DNA from: Promethearchaeota archaeon
GTDB lineage: Archaea > Asgardarchaeota > Lokiarchaeia > Sigyniarchaeales > SOKP01
DNA length: 37,501 nt
Reading direction: 5' to 3'
Assembly: GCA_011364925.1 (NCBI GenBank)
Contig: RDOA01000021.1
Location: 1 to 37,501 of the forward strand
The notes beneath the pieces were generated by a model that worked only from the letters and a program-made list of their open reading frames with translations, did no database searches and was not told where the DNA came from. Both the position numbers and the translations under genes were made by a program. Shown piece by piece: positions 9,155 through 19,406 of the stretch (positions are counted from its first letter, which is position 1; each line of letters begins with the position of its first letter).

Positions 9155-10976
9155 AGTTCAAAGAAAAAAACAGTTTGGGTTCGTATCATCCATTAATGGT
9201 TCACTAATAGAGATAAAAGGGTTAGAAAATCAAGTTCGACTTAGCGATCTCGTTAGAGTGAATAATATATTAGGTGAAGTTATCCAAATTTATTCTGATC
9301 ATGTAATAGCTCAATTATTTGAGAATACTAATAATTTAAAATTAAATCAAAAAGTTACAAGTTTACAAGAACCATTATCTATGGAGCTTGGCCCTGGATT
9401 ATTGGGCACAATTTTCGATGGTATTCAAAGACCTTTAGAAGCAACTCTCTTACAATCAACAACGGGTGGATTTTTAGAAAGAGGGGCGGATTTACCCTCA
9501 TTATCGCGAACGAAAAAATGGTTGTTTAAACCATTAAAAAAGGTAGATGATTCTGTGAATACTGGTCATGTAATTGGTTTTGTCCAAGAAACTCCATTAA
9601 TTAAACATAAAATCTTGGTACCTGTCGGAGTTTCTGGAACACTAACCTATATCGCAGAAGAAGGGGAATATACTATTGTTGATGAACTTTATCGCGTAAA
9701 AAGTGGTTCAAACGAAAAAACTTTTAATATGTTTCAAAAGTGGCCAATAACTAAAAATAGACCTTACAAAAGTAGAAGTTATCCGCACGAACCTTTAATT
9801 ACAGGAATAAGGACAATAGATTTATTGTTTCCTATAGTGAAAGGCGGTACAGTTGCTGTTCCGGGGGGTTTTGGAACTGGGAAGACTGTAATTCAGCAAT
9901 CCTTAGCAAAATGGTGCGACGCGGATGTAATTGTTTTTGTAGGCTGCGGCGAGCGAGGAAATGAAATTGCTGATGTTTTAAAGCAATTTACTGAAATTAT
10001 CGATCCTAAAAGTGGGCGCCCATTACTGGAACGAATTGTTTTAATAGCAAACACTTCAAACATGCCGGTGTCTGCTCGTGAAGCTAGCATTTTTTCAGGA
10101 GTGACAATTGGAGAGTATTATAGAGATATGGGATATGATGTTGCAGTATTAGCTGACAGTACTTCACGATGGGCTGAATCCTTAAGAGAAATCTCTGGTT
10201 TATTGGAAGAAATGCCAGCAGAAGAAGGTTATCCTGCCTATTTACCGTCTAAGATTTCCAGTTTTTATGAGAGAGCGGGAGTTGTGAATATTTATAGTGA
10301 TGAAGATTCATCTAACTTTGGGTCTTTAACAATAATAGGTTCAGTTTCACCTCCCTCTGGAGATTTCAGTGAACCTGTCACTTCAACTACCAAACGCTTT
10401 GTCCAAGCTTTTTGGGCATTAGATGCAAATTTGGCTTATTCTAAGCATTATCCCGCAATAAATTGGCTCAAATCTTACTCTAAATATCCCGATTTCATAT
10501 CAGATTGGTGGTATGAAAGAGATGTTTATTGGCCGGAGATTGATATAGATTGGAATGAATGCAGAAAAGAAATCAACAATATTCTATCTCAAGAAAATGA
10601 ATTAAAAAATGTTACCCAATTAGTTGGAGAAGAAAACTTACCTGAAGATCAACAATTCATTCTTTTTATCTCAAAGTTGATTAGAAATAGTTTTTTAATC
10701 CAAAATGCGTTTGATCCAATTGATTGTTTTACAGATATTAAAAAATTAATAGAATTCACAAAAATAATTCTTTTATTATATCACGAAGGACAACAACTTA
10801 TAGCTCAAGGTTATTTGATAGATGATATTAAAGATATAAAGGTTGTTGATTACATACTGAGAATTGGACAATCTGTTCCTAACGATCAGTTAGCGGAAAT
10901 AGAACAATTAAGGAAGGATTTATCTTATGAAATTGAATCGCTAAAATTAATCCACGGTGCTTTAAAGAAAAAATGA
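9147..10976 (+). CDS. atpA: A/V-type ATPase catalytic subunit A
   Basis: P-loop [54 protein letters not shown]; no intein. Confidence 0.97.
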   Translation: MNEVQRKKQFGFVSSINGSLIEIKGLENQVRLSDLVRVNNILGEVIQIYSDHVIAQLFENTNNLKLNQKVTSLQEPLSMELGPGLLGTIFDGIQRPLEATLLQSTTGGFLERGADLPSLSRTKKWLFKPLKKVDDSVNTGHVIGFVQETPLIKHKILVPVGVSGTLTYIAEEGEYTIVDELYRVKSGSNEKTFNMFQKWPITKNRPYKSRSYPHEPLITGIRTIDLLFPIVKGGTVAVPGGFGTGKTVIQQSLAKWCDADVIVFVGCGERGNEIADVLKQFTEIIDPKSGRPLLERIVLIANTSNMPVSAREASIFSGVTIGEYYRDMGYDVAVLADSTSRWAESLREISGLLEEMPAEEGYPAYLPSKISSFYERAGVVNIYSDEDSSNFGSLTIIGSVSPPSGDFSEPVTSTTKRFVQAFWALDANLAYSKHYPAINWLKSYSKYPDFISDWWYERDVYWPEIDIDWNECRKEINNILSQENELKNVTQLVGEENLPEDQQFILFISKLIRNSFLIQNAFDPIDCFTDIKKLIEFTKIILLLYHEGQQLIAQGYLIDDIKDIKVVDYILRIGQSVPNDQLAEIEQLRKDLSYEIESLKLIHGALKKK

Positions 10977-12364
10977 GTGTGATCTATAGAAAAATTAAGC
11001 AAATTATTGGACCGTTACTGTTTTTAGAAAACAAACACGATGTACAATACGGTGAAATCGTCAAAATTCGTTCTGTTGACGGTTCAGAACGCACAGGACA
11101 AGTAGTCAAGATGAATGAAGATATGATAACAATTGAGGTGTTTGAAGATACATCTGGACTCTCTTCAGAAAATGCCTCTATAACCTTTACTGAGGACTCA
11201 TTTAAAATCAAAATTTCTAGTGATATGTTTGGAAGGGTATTCAATTCTTTAGGAAAGCCAATTGATATTAATACAAAACAGGAATTAGACACAGAATTAT
11301 TAACAGAAGTAGATCGAGATATAAATGGTTTACCGATCAATCCCTTTGCACGAGATTATCCCTCTGAAGTTATCCAAACAGGAATTTCAGTGATCGATGG
11401 ACTTTTTACATTAATCAGGGGCCAAAAACTCCCTATTTTTAGCGGTCAAGGCCTACCTCATAATCTTTTAGCGGCTCAAATTGTTACTCAAGCAAAAGTA
11501 CTAACCGAAGAACCTTTCTTAATCATTTTTTGCGGCATAGGAATTATTCAAGATGAAGCTATTTTTTTCATGAAAAGGTTCCAAGAAAGTGGAAATATCC
11601 AAAATATTATATCTTTCATTAACTTCGCTGACGATCCAATTATGGAAAGATTAATCATTCCACGCGTAGCTCTTACAACTGCAGAATATTTTGCTTTTGA
11701 AAAAGACATGCATGTTCTTGTTATTCTGATTGATATGACAAATTATGCAGAAGCTCTTAGAGAATTAAGTTCAGCAAAGGAAGAAATTCCTAGTAGAAAA
11801 GGCTATCCAGGGTATTTATACACTGACTTTGCCTCTATCTATGAAAGAACAGGCAGAATTAAAGGTAAAAAGGGAACAATTACGCAAATACCAATTCTCA
11901 CAATGCCAAACGATGATATCTCTCATCCTATACCCGATACTACCGGATATATCACAGAGGGCCAACTAGTTCTTAATAGAAACTTAGATAAGACAGGTAT
12001 ATATCCTCCGTTCGAAGTATTAGCTTCAATTTCACGTCTTATGAAAGACGCCATAGGTAAAAACACTACAAGGGAAGATCATGCTGATGTTAGTTCACAA
12101 TTGCTTTCATCCTACTCGGCATCTCTTGAGACTAGAGATCTCATATCGATTGTAGGAGAAGATGGTTTAAATTATAATCAAAAAGCTTTATTAAGATTTG
12201 GAAATGAATTTGAAAGGAGTTTCTTAAATCAAGGAGATAAAGAAGAAAGAGATATTAATAAGACTTTAGATATTGCATGGAAAGCATTATCTTCCATACC
12301 TCGAAACCAGTTATTTAGAATACATCATGAATTTCTTGATAAATATTACATTGGAGGTGTGTAA
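10973..12364 (+). CDS. atpB: A/V-type ATPase subunit B
   Basis: [57 protein letters not shown] (Arg finger). Confidence 0.97.
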   Translation: MSVIYRKIKQIIGPLLFLENKHDVQYGEIVKIRSVDGSERTGQVVKMNEDMITIEVFEDTSGLSSENASITFTEDSFKIKISSDMFGRVFNSLGKPIDINTKQELDTELLTEVDRDINGLPINPFARDYPSEVIQTGISVIDGLFTLIRGQKLPIFSGQGLPHNLLAAQIVTQAKVLTEEPFLIIFCGIGIIQDEAIFFMKRFQESGNIQNIISFINFADDPIMERLIIPRVALTTAEYFAFEKDMHVLVILIDMTNYAEALRELSSAKEEIPSRKGYPGYLYTDFASIYERTGRIKGKKGTITQIPILTMPNDDISHPIPDTTGYITEGQLVLNRNLDKTGIYPPFEVLASISRLMKDAIGKNTTREDHADVSSQLLSSYSASLETRDLISIVGEDGLNYNQKALLRFGNEFERSFLNQGDKEERDINKTLDIAWKALSSIPRNQLFRIHHEFLDKYYIGGV

Positions 12365-12370
12365 TTACCG

Positions 12371-13003
12371 ATTAGTTTTAGAGAGGTAAAACCTACCAAG
12401 ACCAACTTAATGAGCCTAACTAAGAAATTAAATTTTGCTGAAAAGGGTGAAAACTTTCTAAAATTTAAATTAGAGCAAATTATAATAGAAGTTAAACAAA
12501 ATTGGAAGAATTATGTTTCGCATCGCGAAAAATTTATTGAACTATATAAAGACACGATGATTAAACTAAATAATACATACAAAGATATGGGAAAAAGAAA
12601 TTACATATTAATAAGTAAGTTAAGTAGCATTCAATTTACGCCTAAAATAAATGTAAGGTACAGTAAGAAAATTGGCACCTTAATACCCGTTATAGACTAT
12701 GAATTGATAAGAGAGGAATTTCTTCCTGCTTATTCTTTTGAAAACACAAGTTATTATCTGGATGACCTAATAGTTGTTTTAATAGAATTTTTTGAGAAAC
12801 TCATTAATTTGGCTATGTACGAGGATATTATGCTGAATTTAGCTAAAAATTACAAAAAGATAAATCGCAGGATACTTGGTTTGAAGAATGTAATCATTCC
12901 ACAATTAGTTTATGACATTAAGAAAATTAAAGATATTTTGGAAGAAAATGAAAGAGAAAATTATGTTCGATTAAAAAATACAAAAGATTTGATTAATAGA
13001 TAA
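12371..13003 (+). CDS. atpD: A/V-type ATPase subunit D (start uncertain; ORF track begins at 12410)
   Basis: VKPTKTNL (upstream of the first ATG)...AEKGENFLKFK, KINRRILGLKNVIIP, LEENERENYVRLK; SD GGAGGTG at 12353-12359. Confidence 0.9.
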   Translation: MSFREVKPTKTNLMSLTKKLNFAEKGENFLKFKLEQIIIEVKQNWKNYVSHREKFIELYKDTMIKLNNTYKDMGKRNYILISKLSSIQFTPKINVRYSKKIGTLIPVIDYELIREEFLPAYSFENTSYYLDDLIVVLIEFFEKLINLAMYEDIMLNLAKNYKKINRRILGLKNVIIPQLVYDIKKIKDILEENERENYVRLKNTKDLINR

Positions 13004-13025
13004 AAGGAATGAGTAGTGATTATAA

Positions 13026-15326
13026 GTGGCTAAAAAAAATGTTATGGTACTTTTTAAAGTAAGTTTGAGTCTTAAATATAAGGATATGCTTCTACAGCAC
13101 CTTTCCCAATTAAAACAAGTACATATTAAGCCAAAGACAGAAAAAAGCGGTAGCTATGAAATGGATAAAGAGCTGTTTGAAAGAATTAAAAATTTAAGCC
13201 AAAATGTAGACAACTTATATAAAGACCTTAATATTACTGAATCTGATTTCCAAAAATTATCGTTTGCAGAAAATAACAGACCAAAATTTAAGGCAAAAGA
13301 TATAAACGACTTAATTAACCAATTATCAAGCGAAATTAATTATTTTTCAAATCGGATTAACGAATTAAAAAGATATAAATCTTTAATTGAAGTTGAATTA
13401 GATAAAATAAATAACATCCATGGTAGCTACTTATTTTTAGAGAAATACAATTTAACTCGAGACAAATTAATGAAATTCAAGCATTTAGAATTTAAAGCAT
13501 TCACTACTTTTTCAAAAAACTTAGAAAATATAGAAATAGTTTTTGATTTTTCAAACTTTCCTAATTTCTTATATTATGATTTTTTAAGTGACGATAGATT
13601 AGCATTTTTCATAATATTTCCAAAAGATTTAGAGGCGGAATTTAAAGAGAGAATACGCTTAATACACGCTGAAGAGGTACCAATTTTAAAAAAATACTTA
13701 CTTTCAGATGGAATTAATTTTCCACGTATTGCAAAAGAAATTAAATATATTATATCCTCCTTAAATAAGAATCAGAGGGAGTTTGAACGGTTAAGAGACG
13801 ATAACCTCCTCCTGTTTGCGGCAGCTCACGAGATTATTCAAAACTTAGAGGAATATAATTGGGCATCTTATCAATTTGAAGAGTTAACATCAAGTCAATT
13901 GAGTCTAAGTTTTTACGTTCTTAAACAGAATAGTAAAGCTGTCCATCAAGGTTTAATTGATGAATTTCAAGATAAGATAAATATTGAATCTGTTGAGGTT
14001 GTAAAAAATAAAGCGGTAAAATTAGATTCAGAAAAACTATCAACGCTTCCTGTTAAAGACTCAAAGAAAGCTAAATTAAAAGAAGAAATTGAAGATAAAA
14101 AAGAACTAAAAGATGATTTGAGAGCTTCCGCACCAACAATCATGAAGAATTTTATCTTATTTAGACCGTTTGAAACAATAACAAAAATGTATGGAATTCC
14201 TTCCTATTCTGAGATTGATCCTACCCCTATCATAGCATTTACGTTTCCACTTTTATTTGGGATAATGTTTGGAGATATTGGGCATGGTATTATTTTAATA
14301 ATATGTGGATTATTGGGGGTTGTTGTATACCGAAAAAAGAAAAGTAGAGACTTTATAAATTTTTGCTGGATTATTGCTTATTGTGGTGTCGTTGCAATTA
14401 TATTTGGAACTTTATATAGTGAATTTTTTGGAATGCATGAAATTAAATTATTTAATATAGTATTCCTAGAACTACCAACGATTAACATTAAGATAGTACT
14501 TCCGTTTTTTAATATTACGATAGTAAATATCACTTTACATAATCCTCTTGGAAATATTCTGTCAGTATTTAAGTTCACAGTTCTTATTGGAGTGTTTCAC
14601 CTTAATCTAGGTTGGTTTATCCAATTTATGAATTATTGGAAACAAAAAAAGAAATACTTAGGTTTCACTGATTCTATGATTAAAATATTATTATTAATAG
14701 GAGGGACGATTTTAATATTTGTTTATGGTTTTGATATAAATTCTTGGTTTGGACCGCCTTATCCTATTTTATTAGTTATAATACCAGGAATATTATTAAT
14801 CATTTTAAAACCTATTGGTAAAGCATTACATCTCTCTTATCTAAAGAAGGAATCAGTAGGGTCGCTTCTAGGTGAAGGAACAATGGAAACTTTTGAGACT
14901 TTCTTGTCGATTTTGAGTAATGTAGCTTCTTATATTAGGTTGTTAGCGTTAGCTTTAGCCCACATTTCATTACTATTAGCAATTACAGCTATGTCAAACC
15001 TTATTCAAGGTGAAAGCTTAGTAAACCAAATAGTGTCATATATCGGTTTAGTTTTTGGCAATATTATCGTAATTTTACTTGAAGGATTACTTGTGTTTAT
15101 CAATGCGATTAGGTTGCATTTTTACGAATTTTTCTTCAAATTTTATCAAGGAACCGGAGTGGACTACATCCCGTTTTATTTAAGCGATAAATATTCAAAT
15201 GTCATTTTTGAAGTTTCCAAAGCCAAGGATATTATATCCGAAGAGATAGATAAAGAAATCGAATCAAAGAAAGGCTATCAAGCTATTTTAGAAGCGCAAA
15301 AGTATATCTCTGGAAAATATTTGTAG
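13026..15326 (+). CDS. atpI: A/V-type ATPase subunit I/a
   Basis: PFETITKMYGIPSYSEIDPT, FGIMFGDIGHG, SYIRLLALALAH (essential Arg), RLHFYEFFFKFY. Confidence 0.96.
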   Translation: MAKKNVMVLFKVSLSLKYKDMLLQHLSQLKQVHIKPKTEKSGSYEMDKELFERIKNLSQNVDNLYKDLNITESDFQKLSFAENNRPKFKAKDINDLINQLSSEINYFSNRINELKRYKSLIEVELDKINNIHGSYLFLEKYNLTRDKLMKFKHLEFKAFTTFSKNLENIEIVFDFSNFPNFLYYDFLSDDRLAFFIIFPKDLEAEFKERIRLIHAEEVPILKKYLLSDGINFPRIAKEIKYIISSLNKNQREFERLRDDNLLLFAAAHEIIQNLEEYNWASYQFEELTSSQLSLSFYVLKQNSKAVHQGLIDEFQDKINIESVEVVKNKAVKLDSEKLSTLPVKDSKKAKLKEEIEDKKELKDDLRASAPTIMKNFILFRPFETITKMYGIPSYSEIDPTPIIAFTFPLLFGIMFGDIGHGIILIICGLLGVVVYRKKKSRDFINFCWIIAYCGVVAIIFGTLYSEFFGMHEIKLFNIVFLELPTINIKIVLPFFNITIVNITLHNPLGNILSVFKFTVLIGVFHLNLGWFIQFMNYWKQKKKYLGFTDSMIKILLLIGGTILIFVYGFDINSWFGPPYPILLVIIPGILLIILKPIGKALHLSYLKKESVGSLLGEGTMETFETFLSILSNVASYIRLLALALAHISLLLAITAMSNLIQGESLVNQIVSYIGLVFGNIIVILLEGLLVFINAIRLHFYEFFFKFYQGTGVDYIPFYLSDKYSNVIFEVSKAKDIISEEIDKEIESKKGYQAILEAQKYISGKYL

Positions 15327-15362
15327 ATTTATTCAGAAATATGTGAATCTAAGGATATAATC

Positions 15363-15887
15363 ATGAAAGACGAAGATGTTAAAGAAATTCCAATGGAAAA
15401 AAAGAAATTTAGGGTGCTCCCCCTTTTAATTGGTTTTATTATAGCTATACTTGTTCTCTTTATTATTATGCTAATTTTTGAAATCAACCCATTTATAATC
15501 GTTATAACACTTGTTTTTGTATCTTTATTATTTGTAGGATACATCTTAAGGCGTAGAAAACAGAAATCACTCTATTCGCAATTATATCCAGACAAAAACC
15601 AAGAGATGATTCAACGTCCACAGAGAAAATTTGAATTAACAATAAAGCCCGAAAAAGAACCTTTAGAAAAGCAATTTAGGGAAGTGAACTTAGATTACGA
15701 ATATCACAAATCTATTATCAACAAATGTGAAAATTGCGGGATGACTATAACAGGTTATCAAAAAACTTGTCCCATGTGTGGTAAAGCAATCGAGACGAAA
15801 GGAGTTATCACAAAATGCAAAAATTGTGGAATGACTATTCCCAGATCAGCAAGAAGGTGTCCTATTTGTGGAGCTCGTGTAACATAA
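15363..15887 (+). CDS. Membrane-anchored (2 TM) double zinc-ribbon protein
   Basis: Two hydrophobic helices, then CENC-x10-CPMC and CKNC-x10-CPIC. Confidence 0.8.
   Translation: MKDEDVKEIPMEKKKFRVLPLLIGFIIAILVLFIIMLIFEINPFIIVITLVFVSLLFVGYILRRRKQKSLYSQLYPDKNQEMIQRPQRKFELTIKPEKEPLEKQFREVNLDYEYHKSIINKCENCGMTITGYQKTCPMCGKAIETKGVITKCKNCGMTIPRSARRCPICGARVT
15714..15884 (+). repeat. Intragenic tandem duplication with 90-nt period, encoding the two Zn ribbons
   Basis: ATTATCAACAAATGTGAAAATTGCGGGATGACTATA (15714) vs GTTATCACAAAATGCAAAAATTGTGGAATGACTATT (15804). Confidence 0.75.
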
Positions 15888-15927
15888 AAATATAAGTATA
15901 TTGATATAATAAATAGATTTAGCAAAT

Positions 15928-17748
15928 ATGGTTATCAAGGAAAAAGAGTCAGTAGCAACAGGATTTATATCTGCAGTTAATGGTTCATTAATTGAAATTA
16001 AAGGTTTGGAAAACCGTGTTCGATTAGATGATTTATTAAAAATTAGTAACTATAATTTTTTATGCTCAGTAATCCAAATTTACTCAGATAGAATTATAGC
16101 CCAATGTTTTGAAAACACAGAGAGTATAAGACTAAAAGAAAGAGTTATTACACTTCATCAACCTTTGTCAATGGAATTAGCTCCTGGTTTATTAACAAAT
16201 GTATTTGATGGGATCCAAAGACCGTTAGATATAACCTTTGAATACTTTCAAGAAGGTAGGTTAAATAAAGGTCTTGAGTTTCCCTCCTTATCACGAACGA
16301 AAAAATGGCATTTTGTTCCAACAAGGAAAATTAAAGAATTTGTAGCCAGTGGAGATGAAATTGGAATCGTTCAAGAAACAACTTTTCTCGAACATAAAAT
16401 TATGGTCCCTCCCGGGGAATCTGGAATTCTTTCTCACCTCATTGAAGAAGGAGATTACACTATTACTGATGAGATTTATACGCTTCATAGTAATAATGAA
16501 GTAAAATCTTATTGTATGCTACAGAAATGGCCAATCACGAAAAGAAAGCCTTTTAGTGAAAAAGTGCAACCTCACGAACCATTAATAACTGGTATAAGGA
16601 TAATCGATTTATTATTTCCTGTTGCAAAGGGTGGTACTTTTGCGGTACCGGGTGGATTTGGAACTGGTAAAACGATTATACAACAAAACCTTGCTAAATA
16701 CTGCGATGCAGATTTAATCGTATTCATAGGTTGTGGAGAACCAGGCAACGAAATTGCGAATGCACTAAAGCAATTTAAAGAAACAATTGATCCGAATTCT
16801 GGACATTCTTTATTGGAGAGAATTGTCCTTATCGTAAATACTTCAAATATGCCTGTTTCAGCTCGAGAGTCCAGCCTTTTTTCGGGTATAACTATAGCAG
16901 AGTACTACAGAGACATGGGATATAATGTTGCAGTTATAGCAGACAGTATTTCACGATGGGCAGAATCTCTAAGAGAAATCTCAGGGCTTTTAGAGGAAAT
17001 GCCGGCTGAAGAAGGGTATCCTGCTTATTTACCATCAAAATTATCAAGTTTTTATGAACGTGCAGGAATCTTTACAACTTTTGGGCGCGATTCTAACGGT
17101 AAAAGAAGAACTGGGTCAATTACTATTATCGGTTCGATATCTCCTCCTGCAGGAGATTTTAGTGAGCCAGTCACATCAGCGACAAAACGGGTTGTTCAAG
17201 GAATTTGGGCTCTAGACCCTAAGTTAGCATATCTTAAGCATTATCCCGCTATTAGCTGGATAAACTCATATTCCAATTACCCTGAATCTTTGGCAGAATG
17301 GTGGGAGAAAGTAGATAATAATTGGCTTGATATAAAACTGAGTTGGGTGGAATGTAGGAAACAAGTGAATGAAATCTTAGCAAAAGAGAATGAACTTAAA
17401 TACATAACTCAATTACTCGGAGAAAAGAATTTAGCAGAAGATCAAAAATTAGAAATTTTCGCTGCTAATTTAATAAGAAATGCTTTCTTCGTCCAAAACG
17501 CTTTTAACGAGGTGGATACTTTTACATCCAGCAGAAAAATGCTGAGTCTCATTAAAGTGATTCTTCTGCTCTATAATAAAACTAAATCGCTTATTAAGCA
17601 AGGTTCTATAATAAGTGATAGAAACTGTGAGAAAGTCCTTAACGAAGTCATGCGCATTAGTCATTATGTTCCGAACGAGGATTTTAAACCAATTGAACTA
17701 CTTAAGAATAATATCAATAACGAATCCATAAGCTTAGTTTATAAGTGA
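15928..17748 (+). CDS. atpA: Second A/V-type ATPase subunit A paralog with degenerate catalytic motif (GEPGNE)
   Basis: Full-length and collinear with 9147..10976; GGFGTGKT intact, but GCGEPGNE (CCA at 16741) and DSISRW. Confidence 0.93.
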   Translation: MVIKEKESVATGFISAVNGSLIEIKGLENRVRLDDLLKISNYNFLCSVIQIYSDRIIAQCFENTESIRLKERVITLHQPLSMELAPGLLTNVFDGIQRPLDITFEYFQEGRLNKGLEFPSLSRTKKWHFVPTRKIKEFVASGDEIGIVQETTFLEHKIMVPPGESGILSHLIEEGDYTITDEIYTLHSNNEVKSYCMLQKWPITKRKPFSEKVQPHEPLITGIRIIDLLFPVAKGGTFAVPGGFGTGKTIIQQNLAKYCDADLIVFIGCGEPGNEIANALKQFKETIDPNSGHSLLERIVLIVNTSNMPVSARESSLFSGITIAEYYRDMGYNVAVIADSISRWAESLREISGLLEEMPAEEGYPAYLPSKLSSFYERAGIFTTFGRDSNGKRRTGSITIIGSISPPAGDFSEPVTSATKRVVQGIWALDPKLAYLKHYPAISWINSYSNYPESLAEWWEKVDNNWLDIKLSWVECRKQVNEILAKENELKYITQLLGEKNLAEDQKLEIFAANLIRNAFFVQNAFNEVDTFTSSRKMLSLIKVILLLYNKTKSLIKQGSIISDRNCEKVLNEVMRISHYVPNEDFKPIELLKNNINNESISLVYK

Positions 17749-17771
17749 AATGTATATTCATTTCTTAAAAA

Positions 17772-18374
17772 TTATGGTTTAAACCATTCAAAAAAGTAAT
17801 AACTTAATGTCAAAGGATTTGCAATTACGAACTTTTTCCTTACTGATGTAGCTAAACGACCTGCGCGAACCATGTCAATAGCACTTATTTTTGCGTCATG
17901 CGGTAACACATGAGCGATAAATGGGGAGTGCTCTAATCCTGGTCCTTTTCTATAAACTACAAAATCAGCTCCAAACTTTAGGCCAGGTCTAGGAACGTAC
18001 CCTTTTTCTCTCAAATCTTGATAAATTACGAATTTTTCTTCGAATTTATGGTGTATAGATTTACTTATCTCGTAGAATTCATCGTATGAGTAAAATTTAT
18101 CAAGCTTAGGGTCGTAAATAGTGATTTTATCGTTTTTTAATAAATATGATGCTTCAATTAACGATAATTCGGAGGGTTTCGAAAAATATTCTAATCGAGG
18201 TTTGCTTATCCCTAGAGGAGACCCAAAAAATTTCTGTTTAATGTAGAGATAAGACGCATAAATAGGATTAAAGACAATTACGCGATTATTAATAAATTTC
18301 GTTGGAATCTTTTCAGGGATATCCTTTTCTTCTATATCATCGATTGAAATTTGAGATCCTTTTTCTTCAGTCAT
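17772..18374 (-). CDS. endA: tRNA-intron endonuclease, catalytic subunit
   Basis: LSLIEASYL, YQDLREKGY, GLKFGADFVVY, GPGLEHS, RLATSVRKK (Y/H/K triad). Confidence 0.95.
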   Translation of the reverse strand: MTEEKGSQISIDDIEEKDIPEKIPTKFINNRVIVFNPIYASYLYIKQKFFGSPLGISKPRLEYFSKPSELSLIEASYLLKNDKITIYDPKLDKFYSYDEFYEISKSIHHKFEEKFVIYQDLREKGYVPRPGLKFGADFVVYRKGPGLEHSPFIAHVLPHDAKISAIDMVRAGRLATSVRKKFVIANPLTLSYYFFEWFKP

Positions 18375-18472
18375 CTAGAAAATGATATTAAAAGTAATTT
18401 AATAATTCTTTCAATTGAGTAAACAACAGATGAAAGTATAAATATTTCTCAATAAATGTTATTTATGATTAG

Positions 18473-19363
18473 GTGATAAATTTGGTGATAAGAAAAGCAT
18501 CACACGCGGGAAGTTGGTATCCCGGTAAAAGAGAAAGTTTAATAAAAGAAATAGAATCTTATTTCTTGGATGATAACTTCGGTCCTGGTAAACTACCTGA
18601 ATCTTTAAATCTAGAAACAAGGTCGATAATAGGAGCTACATCACCTCACGCAGGTTATTTCTTCTCTGGAAGATGTGCAGCATTCACCTATTTAAACTTA
18701 TTTAAAGAGAAAATTCCAGATACAGTTATCGTATTAGGAACAGATCATGTTGGGTATGGAGGTGTTGCACTCTTAGGAGATGGAGCGTGGGAAACTCCAC
18801 TTGGAAACTTAAATATTGATACCGAATTGTCTCAGAAGATTCTATCTACCAGCGATATAATTGTAGATGATTCCTCCGCTTTTACTGGATTCATGGAACA
18901 GGAGCATAATATCGAAATACAGCTTCCTTTCATTAAATATTGTGCTAAGGACAAAGAAGTAAAAATTGTAACTATAAAAATTAGCGGTACGAAGGACTAC
19001 TCTAAGTTCGAGGTATTAGCAAGCGATATAGCCGCTTCTATAAAAGCTCTGAATAAAGATGTTGTTATAGTAGCCTCATCTGATATGTCCCATAAAAATG
19101 TGTCCAATTCAGAGCAGTTAGATCAATTCAAAAAAATAGATCAAGCAGTAATAAATGCCTTTGTAGAATTCGATCCTAAGAAAACTCTATTAAATGCGTC
19201 CAAGACGACTGTATGTGGAGCACAAACAATAACAACCCTAATGTTAATTTGTAAGAACCTAGATTGTAATCAGGGGAAATTGTTGAAGTATTATACTAGC
19301 TCAGATATAAGAGGAGAATTTGGGTATTGTGTTGGTTATTTTTCTGGGATATTAATGAAATAA
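18473..19363 (+). CDS. amrB: MEMO1 family protein (AmmeMemoRadiSam protein B)
   Basis: AGSWYP, PHAGYFFSG, WETPLG, EHNIEIQLPF, ASSDMSH, TVCG. The true start is probably TTG 18482 or GTG 18485, since AGGTGAT 18471 looks like the SD. Confidence 0.93.
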   Translation: MINLVIRKASHAGSWYPGKRESLIKEIESYFLDDNFGPGKLPESLNLETRSIIGATSPHAGYFFSGRCAAFTYLNLFKEKIPDTVIVLGTDHVGYGGVALLGDGAWETPLGNLNIDTELSQKILSTSDIIVDDSSAFTGFMEQEHNIEIQLPFIKYCAKDKEVKIVTIKISGTKDYSKFEVLASDIAASIKALNKDVVIVASSDMSHKNVSNSEQLDQFKKIDQAVINAFVEFDPKKTLLNASKTTVCGAQTITTLMLICKNLDCNQGKLLKYYTSSDIRGEFGYCVGYFSGILMK

Positions 19364-19406
19364 TACAAATAAAAAAGCTAATATTAAAGAAAAGTTTTTG
19401 ATAAAC

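Noticed and set aside
12359-12373. Stop-codon readthrough producing a B-D fusion
   Set aside because: The stop is TAA, a strong SD precedes the D frame, and a stator-rotor fusion at 3:1 stoichiometry is implausible.
15928-17748. Second atpA as an assembly duplicate or pseudogene
   Set aside because: Substantially diverged from the first copy in DNA and protein, yet full-length without frameshifts or stops.
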